A DNA stretch of 44,568 bases from an uncultured Alphaproteobacteria bacterium (GCA_944392185.1 CALXVW010000096.1:1-44568), one strand, 5' to 3'; shown: positions 33,834 to 43,796, counted from the first letter of the stretch. Numbers and translations: made by a program. The notes: generated by a model not told the origin, from the sequence alone.

Positions 33834-35762
33834 TTATGTTTTTTCTTCCTCTTCTGTTAGCGACTTTTCTTCTTTTTTACTGCCGTTGAGGTTGGTTAGA
33901 AACTGGCTCTCTATTTTCATGTACTGGTTAAACAGCCAGCGTGATTGAGAAAGTATCAGAATGGAACCTATGACCATAAGCAAGGTTACCCGAGGATCTT
34001 CAGTTAGAAGAAGTTGTACTCCGGCAACAATGAAAAACAAAACAACCAAAAGTCTAAAGCTGGTGAGCAAAATCAAGGGTACTCTGTTTAGTTTTTTTGT
34101 GGTCCAAAGTTTGTAATAAAGGGCTGCTGTTTTGTGGTTGGAAATGAAGAAATTTTTTGCATTCTCAGTTTCATCGCCAACAAGGCAAATTCCAAATTTT
34201 TCTTCAATTTTTTGCAGGATGGAGCGCTTGGTTTCTTCTCGTTCTTCTTTTGATTTGCTACTGATTTTGCATAGAAAAGTGGCTACTTTTTCTTTGAGGA
34301 AAATCGGCAGTATTGCTTCCCAGCCAATCAAAGCTTTTAGGAACGGGGCCATGGCCGCAAAGGTGATTATGGTGGTTAAAATTCTGGATACTAAATCCGG
34401 TAACAAATTATCTATAAACGGTTTTAGAAAATATATTGATATGCCTAAAATGGTTGTCAATATCATGGAAAATAACACCAGCCGCAGAGAATAGTTTCTA
34501 AACAATAGTTTCCAGCGCCGTTCTTCCATTTTGGTTTCGTTGGTCAGCAAAGTATTGCGTTCAATGTATTTGTCCCATTGTTCGGGGATGATTTTTGATA
34601 TCTTTTTATAGGCAGAATCGGCTGAATTTATCATCATCGGGGTTAAGAAGGTGGTGATGACCGAAACGGCAACAATAATCGGATATACACGCATATTCAA
34701 AACACCGATGCTCATGCCAAGGCTGGCAATAATAAAGGCAAATTCTCCGACCTGAGCCAAAGAGAAGCCTCCTTGAATGGCTGTTTTTAAAGTTTGACCG
34801 GAAAATAAAAATCCCAGGCAAGAAAACACAACTTTACCGACAATAACGATAAACGTGATGACTAAAATCGGCCAAGCATAGGTGATGAACATGCCGGGAT
34901 CTACCATCATACCCACAGAGACAAAAAATACTGCGCCAAAAAAGTCTTTCAGCGGTTTTAGGACATTTTCTATACGTCCTACAATTTCCGTTTCCGCTAA
35001 AATAGAGCCCATGATGAAAGCGCCTAGAGCGGCCGAAAAGCCAGAGTATGTCGCCAGCAAAACCATTCCGAAACAAAGGCTTATGGTGATGAGCAGTAGT
35101 AATTCGTCATTTAAAAATTCAGTGATCTTTTTTAACAGTGTCGGAACCAAATAAATTCCGATAATAAAGCACAAGACCAAAAAGAATATCAGTTTTAGAG
35201 TGCTTATAAGCAGCTCTTGGCTGTCTATGGCGCTGCCTAAGGCAATGGTCGGCAATAAAACCAACATCAAAATTCCGACAATATCTTCAACCACCAAAAC
35301 GCCAAACACCAAGCCGGTGAATTTTTGTCTCCTGATATTTAAGTCGTCAAAGGCTTTGATGATGATGGTGGTTGAGGACATGGATATCATACTGCCTAAA
35401 AAGAAACTGTCTGTTACCGACCAACCGAGCAAAATGCCTGTGTTATAGCCTAAAAAGAGCATAAACAAGATGTTTGCCATGCCGGTTATCATCGCGGATT
35501 TGCCTACGTTTATCATCTTGCGGAAGCTAAATTCCAGGCCTAAGCTGAACAGTAAAAATATAACACCGATATCCGCCCAGAGAGTTAGGTTCTCCTTATC
35601 GGTCACGGTTGGAACAAAGTTAAAAAACGGACCGGCAAAAATACCTGCCAAAATATAGCCCAAGACAATCGGTTGTTTTAGTTTTTTGAAAATAAGCGTG
35701 GTGATTCCGGCGTAGATGGTGATTAACGTCAGGTCTATCATCAAGGCGTGAATTGAATGCAT
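33834..35762 (-). CDS. cation:proton antiporter (CPA2/Kef-type core) with extra C-terminal membrane domain
   Basis: The N-terminal ~390 aa are typical (QPIVLGYILAGIFAGP...LLFSLGLEFS...). The C-terminal ~250 aa contain more TM helices and no Rossmann GxGxxG (RCK) motif. Confidence 0.85.
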   Translation of the reverse strand: MHSIHALMIDLTLITIYAGITTLIFKKLKQPIVLGYILAGIFAGPFFNFVPTVTDKENLTLWADIGVIFLLFSLGLEFSFRKMINVGKSAMITGMANILFMLFLGYNTGILLGWSVTDSFFLGSMISMSSTTIIIKAFDDLNIRRQKFTGLVFGVLVVEDIVGILMLVLLPTIALGSAIDSQELLISTLKLIFFLVLCFIIGIYLVPTLLKKITEFLNDELLLLITISLCFGMVLLATYSGFSAALGAFIMGSILAETEIVGRIENVLKPLKDFFGAVFFVSVGMMVDPGMFITYAWPILVITFIVIVGKVVFSCLGFLFSGQTLKTAIQGGFSLAQVGEFAFIIASLGMSIGVLNMRVYPIIVAVSVITTFLTPMMINSADSAYKKISKIIPEQWDKYIERNTLLTNETKMEERRWKLLFRNYSLRLVLFSMILTTILGISIYFLKPFIDNLLPDLVSRILTTIITFAAMAPFLKALIGWEAILPIFLKEKVATFLCKISSKSKEEREETKRSILQKIEEKFGICLVGDETENAKNFFISNHKTAALYYKLWTTKKLNRVPLILLTSFRLLVVLFFIVAGVQLLLTEDPRVTLLMVIGSILILSQSRWLFNQYMKIESQFLTNLNGSKKEEKSLTEEEEKT

Positions 35763-35925
35763 GTCTTTGTTCCGTATCTGATTAAATTTCTGCGATATTT
35801 TATATGAAAAAGCTTAATTATTAATAAAAATAGGGTCGATTTTTTTTATCGGTTATTGATTTGTCTTTCAAATTTTGCTAAATGTTATAGTCATGTTTCA
35901 GGCCTAATTCAACGGAGGAACCCTA

Positions 35926-37140
35926 ATGAGTGAAAATGCCGCTGCCACGCCGCGGGCTTTGAGAACCATTATCAGTATTGTCGGGCGCAGAAATGCCGGA
36001 AAGTCTTCTTTGATTAATGCTCTCTGCGGGCAAGAGGTGGCTATTGTCTCTCCTCAAGCCGGAACAACAACCGATGCCGTGGCCAAGCCTTATGAGCTCT
36101 TGCCGTTGGGGCCAGTGACATTTTTTGATACTGCCGGACTTGACGATGAAGGTGAATTGGGTGCGCAGCGCATCAAAGCTACTAAAAAAGTTTTGTGCCG
36201 CTCAGATATTGCCGTGGCGGTTGTCGGGGAAGACGGTTTGCAGGCCAAAGACAAAGAGATTATTGAAGATATTTTGGCTCTTAGAATTCCTCTGGCGGTG
36301 GCTTTTAATAAAAAAGATATCTCTGCTCCGGTGGAAGCCGACTTGTCTTGGCTCAGAGCCAAAAATGTGCCTTTTGAAGTTGTTTCTGCAGCCGCTCATG
36401 ATAATCTTGATGCTTTGAAAAATCTCATCATCTCTTTGGTGCCGGAAGACCAGAAAAAAGAACCGCTTTTGGCTGGTGATTTGTTTGAGGCTAAAGATAT
36501 CGTTTTGTTAGTGGTGCCAATTGACCTTTCTGCTCCAAAAGGGCGCTTAATCTTGCCGCAGGTGCAGGTTTTGCGTGAGATTTTGGATAAGGGTGCCAAG
36601 GCAATCGCGGTTAAGGAAAGCGAGCTCTCAGAGATGCTTTCTCAGCTCAAAACCAAACCCGCTTTGGTGATTACGGACTCTCAGGTGGTGATGAAGGTGG
36701 CGCCGATTGTACCTCTTGATATTCCGCTCACCACATTCTCTATCCTTTTTGCCCGCAACAAGGGCGATTTGCCGACAATGTTTGTCGGAGCTCAAAGGAT
36801 TGACACTCTCAAGGATGGAGACAAAATCCTGATTGCTGAGGCTTGTTCTCATCATGCAATGGATGATGATATCGGCAAAGTGAAAATCCCCAACTGGCTT
36901 AAGAAATATTCCGGCAAAAATTTGGAATTTGAGTTTTGCCATGGCGGAGATTTTCCTGAGGATTTGGAAAAATATGCCTTGGTTGTTCACTGTGGAGCCT
37001 GTATGCTCAACCGTATGGAGATGTTGAGGCGCCTCAAAGAATGTGTGCGCAGAGGTGTGCCGATTACCAACTATGGAGTGGCAATCTCTAAAACTCAGGG
37101 TGTGCTTGAGAGAGTGGTTAAGCCTTTTGGTTTGAAATAA
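35926..37140 (+). CDS. hydF: [FeFe]-hydrogenase H-cluster maturation GTPase HydF
   Basis: G1 GRRNAGKS, G3 DTAG, G4 NKKD. Central PIDLSAPKGRLILPQVQ...VITDSQV. C-terminal cluster ligands CSH ... HCGAC (CxH...HCxxC). 404 aa, colinear with HydF as I remember it from Thermotoga. Confidence 0.85.
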   Translation: MSENAAATPRALRTIISIVGRRNAGKSSLINALCGQEVAIVSPQAGTTTDAVAKPYELLPLGPVTFFDTAGLDDEGELGAQRIKATKKVLCRSDIAVAVVGEDGLQAKDKEIIEDILALRIPLAVAFNKKDISAPVEADLSWLRAKNVPFEVVSAAAHDNLDALKNLIISLVPEDQKKEPLLAGDLFEAKDIVLLVVPIDLSAPKGRLILPQVQVLREILDKGAKAIAVKESELSEMLSQLKTKPALVITDSQVVMKVAPIVPLDIPLTTFSILFARNKGDLPTMFVGAQRIDTLKDGDKILIAEACSHHAMDDDIGKVKIPNWLKKYSGKNLEFEFCHGGDFPEDLEKYALVVHCGACMLNRMEMLRRLKECVRRGVPITNYGVAISKTQGVLERVVKPFGLK

Positions 37141-37588
37141 CTCTTTGTTCCAGCTCCAGTAATTTTTGTTTTTTCTCGAGCCCGCCGGCATATCCGGTGA
37201 GGTTGCCGTTTGTGCCCACCACTCGGTGGCAGGGAATGATGATGCCAATAGGATTATTGTGGTTGGCAAGGCCTACGGCGCGGCAAGCTTTTTCATTGCC
37301 GATTTTGCAGGCAATTTCTTTATAGCTTGCAGTTTGGCCATAGGGAATCTGCAATAATGCTTGCCAAACTTTTTGTTGAAAGGCTGTTCCCTTAGGGTTT
37401 AGCGGCAAATCAAAATTTTGGCGGAGGCCACTGAAATATTCTGCCAATTGGCGCTCCGCTTCCGCCAGCAAAGGGCTCTTGTCTGCCGCCTCTGCTTTGG
37501 TGGTGCAAAAATCAACGCCGGTTAAAAATCCGTCTTCTTCTGTGAGGCATATTGGCCCCAGCGGGGAGGTAAACGTTCTTTTTTTCAT
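37118..37588 (-). CDS. ogt: methylated-DNA--protein-cysteine methyltransferase
   Basis: IIIPCHRVVGTNGNLTGYAGG active-site PCHRV motif. The 3' end overlaps the hydF 3' end by 23 nt (convergent). Confidence 0.9.
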   Translation of the reverse strand: MKKRTFTSPLGPICLTEEDGFLTGVDFCTTKAEAADKSPLLAEAERQLAEYFSGLRQNFDLPLNPKGTAFQQKVWQALLQIPYGQTASYKEIACKIGNEKACRAVGLANHNNPIGIIIPCHRVVGTNGNLTGYAGGLEKKQKLLELEQRVISNQKA

Positions 37589-38949
37589 TTGTTTTGCTCC
37601 AGGGCGGCGACAATTTCCTCGGTTACTTTTTTGGCATCACCATAAAGCATGATGGTGTTTTCGGCAAAGAACAGCGGGTTTTCAACTCCGGAATAGCCGC
37701 TATTTAGAGAGCGTAATACAAAAAACACGGTTTTGGCTTTTTCAACATCTAGAACCGGCATGCCATAAATGGGAGAGCCGGGGTCGGTTTTGGCCAAGGG
37801 GTTGGTGACATCGTTGGCGCCAATGACATAAGCAACATCAGCGGTGGCAAATTCTCGGTTTATCTCTTCTAACTCAAAAACATCTTCATATGGAACATTT
37901 GCTTCTGCCAGCAGGACATTCATGTGGCCCGGCATGCGGCCGGCAACGGGGTGAATGGCAAATTTAACCTCTACACCATAGCTTTTGTGCAAGTCATCGG
38001 CCATCTCTTTTAGGATATGTTGGGCCTGAGCAACCGCCATGCCATAGCCCGGAACAATGATGACCTTATTTGCGTTTTCCATAATGAAGGCCGCATCTTG
38101 CGGATTGCCCGAGCGAGCGGTTTTGTCTTGCCCAAGTGCTGATGTGCTACCCTGTTTTTCTGCCCCGAATCCGCCAAGCATTACACTTAACAAAGAGCGG
38201 TTCATGGCTTTGACCATGATATAAGATAAAATTGCCCCGCTGGCACCGACGATGGCGCCGACAATAATCAGCAAAACATTGTTAAGCGAAAAGCCAATGC
38301 CTACCGCTGCCCAGCCGGAATAGGCATTGAGAATGGAAATGACAACCGGCATATCTGCTCCGCCAATGGGCAAAATCAAAAGGACACCAAGCAAAATTGT
38401 CAGTGCGGCCAGGTAATAGAAAATTTCTAAATCTCCGCTCCAAATGAAGTATCCGCACAAGCCAAACATGGCAACGGCTAAGACCAGATTTAAGAATTGT
38501 TGCCCCTTAAATACAAGAGCCTTGGCAGATATTAGTCCTTGCAGTTTGGCAAAGGCAACCATGGAGCCTGAGAAAGCAACGGCACCGATAATCAATCCGA
38601 TGCTGTTGTCTAAATAAGCCCTTGAGCCAGAGATAATCTCTGCCAAAGCAACAAAAACCGATGACAAACCGCCTAAGCCGTTGAAGGCTGCCACCATTTG
38701 CGGCAAAGAAGTCATTTTGACTTTTAAGGCACTATAAGTTCCAACCATGCCGCCCAACAAGATAACGCCAAAAGGCAACAGCCAATCACTCACTAGGGGA
38801 GAAAACATGGTGGCGGCAATAGCTAATATCATGCCCAGCATGCCAAGCAGGTTTCCGCCCCTGGCAGTTTGGGGAGAGGCCAGACCGCGGATGGAAAATA
38901 TAAACAAACTGCCCGATAGAATATAAGATAAAGGAAGCAACCAAGACAT
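37585..38949 (-). CDS. pntB: NAD(P) transhydrogenase subunit beta
   Basis: 454 aa, polytopic N-terminus plus a dIII NADP(H) domain (…IVPGYGMAVAQAQH…HPVAGRMPGHMNVLLAEA…). Confidence 0.95.
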   Translation of the reverse strand: MSWLLPLSYILSGSLFIFSIRGLASPQTARGGNLLGMLGMILAIAATMFSPLVSDWLLPFGVILLGGMVGTYSALKVKMTSLPQMVAAFNGLGGLSSVFVALAEIISGSRAYLDNSIGLIIGAVAFSGSMVAFAKLQGLISAKALVFKGQQFLNLVLAVAMFGLCGYFIWSGDLEIFYYLAALTILLGVLLILPIGGADMPVVISILNAYSGWAAVGIGFSLNNVLLIIVGAIVGASGAILSYIMVKAMNRSLLSVMLGGFGAEKQGSTSALGQDKTARSGNPQDAAFIMENANKVIIVPGYGMAVAQAQHILKEMADDLHKSYGVEVKFAIHPVAGRMPGHMNVLLAEANVPYEDVFELEEINREFATADVAYVIGANDVTNPLAKTDPGSPIYGMPVLDVEKAKTVFFVLRSLNSGYSGVENPLFFAENTIMLYGDAKKVTEEIVAALEQNK

Positions 38950-39233
38950 TATTTTTTCTCCTTTTTCTTAAACATCAGGAGCATGCGGTGAGAGACGGCA
39001 AAACCGCCGAAAATATTGACGGAGGCCAAAAACACTGCAATTAAGCCCAAAAGTTTTGCGATACTTGCATCAGCCACGCCGGCTGTGACCAAAGCGCCGA
39101 TGACAACAATGCCGGAGATGGCATTGGAGACACTCATCAGCGGGGAGTGAAGCGCAGGAGTGACGCCCCAAACCACAAAATAACCGATAAAGCACGCCAA
39201 GACCAATATGCTTAAAAGCATCCAAATTTCCAT
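38949..39233 (-). CDS. pntAB: NAD(P) transhydrogenase subunit alpha part 2 (membrane)
   Basis: 94-aa, 3-TM protein. TAATG overlaps with both neighbours. Confidence 0.9.
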   Translation of the reverse strand: MEIWMLLSILVLACFIGYFVVWGVTPALHSPLMSVSNAISGIVVIGALVTAGVADASIAKLLGLIAVFLASVNIFGGFAVSHRMLLMFKKKEKK

Positions 39234-40354
39234 TATTTTCTATCCTCCAACAAATATTGACCATTGCGGCAAATGCAGGTTTGAGATACCAGGTCATCAT
39301 CAAAATTAAACTTTAATTCTTTTTTCTCTTTATCATATTGCGCACTCAAAAAATTAAAAATATTCTTGGCAAACAGCTGGCTGGCAGAATAGGGAATGCT
39401 TGATGCCAAGTTGCTATTTCCCAAAACTCTGATGCCCTTAATATCTATGAGGGAATCTTTTTTGCTGCCCTCAACATTGCCGCCGGAATTTGCCGCCATA
39501 TCAACCACAACAGAGCCTTTGGGCATTTGCTTTAGCATCTTTGCATCAATTAATTTTGGAGCCGTTTTGCCGGGGATAAGTGCGGTGGTGATGGCAATGT
39601 CTGTTTGCTTTAACCTCTCGGTTATGGCCTCTTTTTGGCGTTTGAGGTAGTCTTTTGAGGCTTCTTTGGCATAGCCTCCGTTGGTTTCCATATCTTCATC
39701 CGCGGCAACTTCCACAAACTTGGCTCCTAGAGATTCAACTTGTTCTTTGGCCGCTATTCTCACGTCTGAGGCATAGACAACGGCGCCTAATCTTTTGGCG
39801 GTGGCAATGGCTTGCAGACCGGCCACGCCGGCACCTAAAACCAAAACTCTGGCCGGGGCATTGGTGCCTGCCGCAGTCATCAACAAGGGAGCGGCTTTGG
39901 GCAAAAGGTTGAATGCCTCTATAACTGCTTTGTAGCCGGCTAAATTGCTTTGGGAAGATAAAATATCCATGCTTTGGGCGCGGGAAATGCGCGGCAAAAG
40001 TTCTAAGGCAAAGGCATTAACCCCAAGGGCAGCAATGGTTTTAATCCGCTCTTTTTGTGATAAGGCATCAAAATTGGCAATGATGGTTTGTCCTTGGCTA
40101 AACAATCCGTCTTCCGAAACTAAAGGTGCATGAATTTTGATGATGATATCTGCACTCTTAACGGTTTGCTCCGGTGTTTTGGCTATTTCCGCACCGGCGG
40201 ATAGATAGCTTTCATCATCAAAACCGGCCGCAAGTCCGGCATTGGTTTCGACTCTGACCTTAAAGCCTAGGTCTGTATATTTTTTGACGGTTTCTGGGGT
40301 GGCGGCAACTCTTTGCTCTCCGGGGGTGGTTTCTTTTAAGGTGGCAATTATCAT
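39233..40354 (-). CDS. pntAA: NAD(P) transhydrogenase subunit alpha part 1 (dI, NAD(H)-binding)
   Basis: KE...GEQRVAATPETVKKY...VLVLGAGVAGLQAIATAKRLGAVV Rossmann motif. Confidence 0.95.
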   Translation of the reverse strand: MIIATLKETTPGEQRVAATPETVKKYTDLGFKVRVETNAGLAAGFDDESYLSAGAEIAKTPEQTVKSADIIIKIHAPLVSEDGLFSQGQTIIANFDALSQKERIKTIAALGVNAFALELLPRISRAQSMDILSSQSNLAGYKAVIEAFNLLPKAAPLLMTAAGTNAPARVLVLGAGVAGLQAIATAKRLGAVVYASDVRIAAKEQVESLGAKFVEVAADEDMETNGGYAKEASKDYLKRQKEAITERLKQTDIAITTALIPGKTAPKLIDAKMLKQMPKGSVVVDMAANSGGNVEGSKKDSLIDIKGIRVLGNSNLASSIPYSASQLFAKNIFNFLSAQYDKEKKELKFNFDDDLVSQTCICRNGQYLLEDRK

Positions 40355-40438
40355 TTTCGCTACTCAATTTTAACTATATATAAAACTAAATTAAATATAG
40401 TCACGCTTAAAAGATTTAACAATCAAAAATGGAAAATT

Positions 40439-40984
40439 ATGCGAGATTTAATCGATTTATTAATGCTGTTTTTCAAAATCGGCTTGTTTACGTTTGGCGG
40501 AGGCTATGCTATGCTGCCGCTTTTGCGAGATGAGGTTGTTATCAGGCGCCGATTTTTGAGCGAGGAAGAACTCTTGGATTTATATTCTATCGGCCAATGC
40601 ACGCCGGGGATTATTGCCGTTAATGTGGCTACATTTATCGGGTATCGGCAAAAGGGTGTTTGGGGTGCTGTTTTTGCCACATTGGGTATGATTTTGCCTT
40701 CGCTTATCATTATTTGTTTGATTGCCGCGGTGCTTTCTCGCTTTATGCATAACCGCTATGTGGCCTATGCTTTTGCCGGGATTAGAATTTGTGTAGTGGC
40801 TTTGATTGCCGATATTGTCTATGGACTTTGGAAGAAAAATGTTAGCGGCTACCAAAGTATGGTCATATTTGTCGGCGCCCTAGTCTTGCTTGGGGTCTTT
40901 AATCTAAGCGCGGTTTGGATTGTGGTGCTCGCAGCCTTGTTTGCTCTTGGTATGGGTGAGATTCGGAGGTATAAGAAAAAATGA
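40439..40984 (+). CDS. chromate transporter family protein, half-size (first of pair)
   Basis: FFKIGLFTFGGGYAMLPLL CHR signature. 181 aa. Confidence 0.85.
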   Translation: MRDLIDLLMLFFKIGLFTFGGGYAMLPLLRDEVVIRRRFLSEEELLDLYSIGQCTPGIIAVNVATFIGYRQKGVWGAVFATLGMILPSLIIICLIAAVLSRFMHNRYVAYAFAGIRICVVALIADIVYGLWKKNVSGYQSMVIFVGALVLLGVFNLSAVWIVVLAALFALGMGEIRRYKKK

Positions 40985-41499
40985 TATACCTGCTTTTGTT
41001 TTATGAATTTTTCAAAATCGGTTTGTTTGCCATTGGCGGCGGATTGGTGACAGTGCCTTTTTTGTTTGATCTCTCGGCCAAATATGGTTGGTTTTCTGCC
41101 AAAGAATTGGCAGATATGATTGCTATTGCCGAATCGACCCCGGGGCCTTTGGGCGTGAATATGGCAACTTATGCAGGTTATAACAGTGCCGGTCTTTTGG
41201 GGGCGGTTATTGCCACTTTGGGGTTGGTTGCTCCTTCGGTTATTGTTATTATTTTGGTGGCAAAACTGATGAATAAATATCAGTGCAACAGCAGAGTTCA
41301 GACTGTGCTTTCGGGAATACGCCCTGCCGTGTTGGCGCTTATCTTATTTGCCGGATTGCAGATTGCCAAATTGTCTTTGGCAGACTTGCTCTCAGGCGTG
41401 GTGTTTGCCATCCTCTTGGCCTCAATCCATTTTTGGAAAAAGAGCCCAATCTTTTATCTTTGCATTTCCGCAGTTTTGGGTATCGTATTGCAGTTATAA
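40981..41499 (+). CDS. chromate transporter family protein, half-size (second of pair)
   Basis: FFKIGLFAIGGGLVTVPFL CHR signature. ATGA overlap with the first half. Confidence 0.85.
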   Translation: MIYLLLFYEFFKIGLFAIGGGLVTVPFLFDLSAKYGWFSAKELADMIAIAESTPGPLGVNMATYAGYNSAGLLGAVIATLGLVAPSVIVIILVAKLMNKYQCNSRVQTVLSGIRPAVLALILFAGLQIAKLSLADLLSGVVFAILLASIHFWKKSPIFYLCISAVLGIVLQL

Positions 41500-41527
41500 A
41501 TAAAGCCCCTTTTGAAAGGGGCTTTAT
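41500..41527. terminator. bidirectional intrinsic terminator (chrA pair / gapR)
   Basis: taaagcccct / aggggcttta stem, U-rich on both strands. Confidence 0.8.
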
Positions 41528-41529
41528 TC

Positions 41530-41787
41530 TTAAATATCAAGGGCTTTTCGATAAGTTTCAAGCAATAATTCTTGCTCGTCGCGGTCGGCCGCGTTCATCT
41601 TGCGCAGTTTGATGACGGCACGCATAATCTTAACATCAAAACCTGCCGACTTGGCCTCGGCAAAAATATCTCTGATATCTGAGGCAATGGCGGCTTTTTC
41701 CTCTTCCAAATGCTCAATTCTTTCAACCAAAGAACGCAAGCGATCTACGGCAATGCCGCCGACTTCTGGGTTGTTTTCTTCACTCAT
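41530..41787 (-). CDS. gapR: DUF2312 / GapR-family nucleoid-associated protein
   Basis: LRSLVERIEHLEEEKAAIASDIRDIFAEAKSAGFDVKIMRAVIKLRKM matches the alphaproteobacterial GapR/DUF2312 pattern. 85 aa. Confidence 0.85.
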   Translation of the reverse strand: MSEENNPEVGGIAVDRLRSLVERIEHLEEEKAAIASDIRDIFAEAKSAGFDVKIMRAVIKLRKMNAADRDEQELLLETYRKALDI

Positions 41788-41946
41788 TTTAATCTCCTTG
41801 TTTGATGATTATATTGCTATGGAAGCTAGCAAATTTGAATCCGTTTGACAAGTGATAATTTTTTGTGCATCACCTAATTAAAAATAACAGCTTGTTAACT
41901 TATTGTGATATACATTGGTGCTATCTTTTATGTGAGGAGAATTTAT

Positions 41947-43371
41947 ATGCCTACAGATACACACACTAAAATTTTGGCCACTATCGGCCCTTCTTCTGCC
42001 ACCCGCGAACAGCTCGAAAAATTGATAGACGCAGGGGCAGATGCTTTCCGCGTTAACTTTAGCCATGGCACCCATGCCGAGCACAAACAGCGTGTAAAAA
42101 TTATTCGTCAGTTGGAAAAAGAAAAAGGCCGCTTTATTTCTATCTTGGCAGATTTGCAGGGACCAAAATTGCGTGTGGGCACATTCAAAGAAGATAAAGT
42201 TTTGCTCAAAGAGGGTCAGACTTTTACCTTGGATATGAATCCCGAACCGGGTGATGACAAGCGTGTTTGCCTGCCGCATAAGGAGATTTTTGAGGCCTTG
42301 AAACCAGGCGATGATTTGCTGGTTAATGACGGCTATATTGTTTTGAATGTTAAGAGCTGTGATAAAAAGCAGGCGGTGACAAAAGTTAAAGTCGGCGGCT
42401 ATATTTCCAGCCACAAGGGTGTTAATTTGCCAAATACTCAGCTCAATATTTCCGCCATTACCGAGAAAGACCGTGAGGATTTGGCCTTTGCCTTGAAACT
42501 CGGCGTTGATTGGATTGGCTTGTCTTTTGTGCAAAGAGCAGAAGATGTGCGTGAGGCCAAAAAGCTCATCGGCGGAAAAGCCTGGGTTATCTCTAAACTT
42601 GAGAAACCAAGCGCAATTGATGATTTGGACGCCATCATTCAAGAATCTGATGCCATTATGGTGGCGCGCGGCGATTTGGGCGTTGAATGCCCCATCCAAA
42701 ATGTGCCGGTTTTGCAAAAGAGAATCGTTGCCGCCTGTCGCAAATATGCCAGACCGGTGATTATTGCCACCCAAATGCTCGAATCCATGATTAATAATCC
42801 CACCCCCACCAGAGCAGAAGTCTCCGATGTGGCTACGGCCGTTTATGACGGCGCCGATACGGTTATGCTTTCAGCTGAAACCGCGGCCGGAAAATATCCG
42901 ACCGAGGCGGTGCAAATGATGCACAAAATTGTTCGCCAGGTGGAAGGGGATCCGTTGTTCTTTGAGCTTACACAAGCTTCTCGCCGCCGTCCATGCAACA
43001 GCGGGGAGGCCGACGCCATTACTTTTGCCGCCAGTGAGCTTTCTTGCGTTTTGAAAAATGTTAAGGCCATTGTCAGCTACACAACATCTGGGCTTACAAC
43101 CTTTTTGACCGCCAGAGAGCGCCCCTATCTGCCGGTTTTGGCTTTGACACCGGATATTGCGGTGGCGCGCCGATTGGTTTTGGTTTGGGGAGTTCGGCCG
43201 TTTGTAAACAAAAAGAGCTTTAAGAGCTTTGACCATGTTGAGGACTCGGCGGTTAAGGCTGCGGTTGAAAATGGTTATGCCAAGTCAGGCGACCATATCA
43301 TCATCACCGCAGGGTTTCCGCTCAATGTCAAAGGGCGGACCAATATGCTGCATACCGTATATATCAAATAG
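41947..43371 (+). CDS. pyk: pyruvate kinase
   Basis: TKILATIGPSS...FRVNFSHG...MVARGDLGVE...IIATQMLESM. GAGGAGA precedes ATG 41947. Confidence 0.95.
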   Translation: MPTDTHTKILATIGPSSATREQLEKLIDAGADAFRVNFSHGTHAEHKQRVKIIRQLEKEKGRFISILADLQGPKLRVGTFKEDKVLLKEGQTFTLDMNPEPGDDKRVCLPHKEIFEALKPGDDLLVNDGYIVLNVKSCDKKQAVTKVKVGGYISSHKGVNLPNTQLNISAITEKDREDLAFALKLGVDWIGLSFVQRAEDVREAKKLIGGKAWVISKLEKPSAIDDLDAIIQESDAIMVARGDLGVECPIQNVPVLQKRIVAACRKYARPVIIATQMLESMINNPTPTRAEVSDVATAVYDGADTVMLSAETAAGKYPTEAVQMMHKIVRQVEGDPLFFELTQASRRRPCNSGEADAITFAASELSCVLKNVKAIVSYTTSGLTTFLTARERPYLPVLALTPDIAVARRLVLVWGVRPFVNKKSFKSFDHVEDSAVKAAVENGYAKSGDHIIITAGFPLNVKGRTNMLHTVYIK

Positions 43372-43401
43372 TTCTTTATTGATAACGGATATGAAGTTTA
43401 T

Positions 43402-43425
43402 GCGCGCAGAGTTCAAACTGCGCGC
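43402..43425 (+). terminator. GC-rich hairpin after pyk (possible terminator)
   Basis: gcgcgcag / ctgcgcgc 8-bp stem, followed by TAAATTTATT. Confidence 0.4.
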
Positions 43426-43456
43426 TAAATTTATTGAAAATCAGATTTTAAAACAC

Positions 43457-43490
43457 TAAAAAACCCGCCTGAAAACAGCGGGCTTTTCAA
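43457..43490. terminator. hairpin with flanking A/T runs, likely the rpmJ terminator (minus strand)
   Basis: cccgc / gcggg stem flanked by A6 and TTTT. On the minus strand it is followed by TTTTTT. Confidence 0.5.
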
Positions 43491-43514
43491 AAACCATAAA
43501 AGCTAAACAACAAA

Positions 43515-43640
43515 TTAGCCCTGACGCGCTTTTAACTTAGGGTTCTTTTTGTTGATGACATAAACGCGACCTTTGCGGCGGACAACTTTGCAGTCCTTGT
43601 CACGTACTTTTTTGCTTTTTAAAGAGCTGTAAATTTTCAT
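43515..43640 (-). CDS. rpmJ: 50S ribosomal protein L36
   Basis: Not in the ORF track (41 aa). My translation is [41 protein letters not shown], the non-zinc L36 type. Confidence 0.85.
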   Translation of the reverse strand: MKIYSSLKSKKVRDKDCKVVRRKGRVYVINKKNPKLKARQG

Positions 43641-43796
43641 TTCTCTATCCTTACCTGTCAAAAGTTATCCGCAACTTATGACAAATAAGACGCTTTGTCA
43701 ACTTAATTTTTAGATTCTTTATTAAAAAAATGAGAATAGCTTTTGATTTTTGGGATAAATCTTATATAATGAGCAAAGTTTAACGGGAGATATCAG

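Noticed and set aside
40372-40405. A 7-bp inverted repeat (actatat ... atatagt) in the pntAA / chrA divergent intergenic region, considered as a possible operator.
   Set aside because: It is very AT-rich and short. Such a repeat is expected by chance in an AT-rich spacer, and there is no second copy or associated regulator gene.
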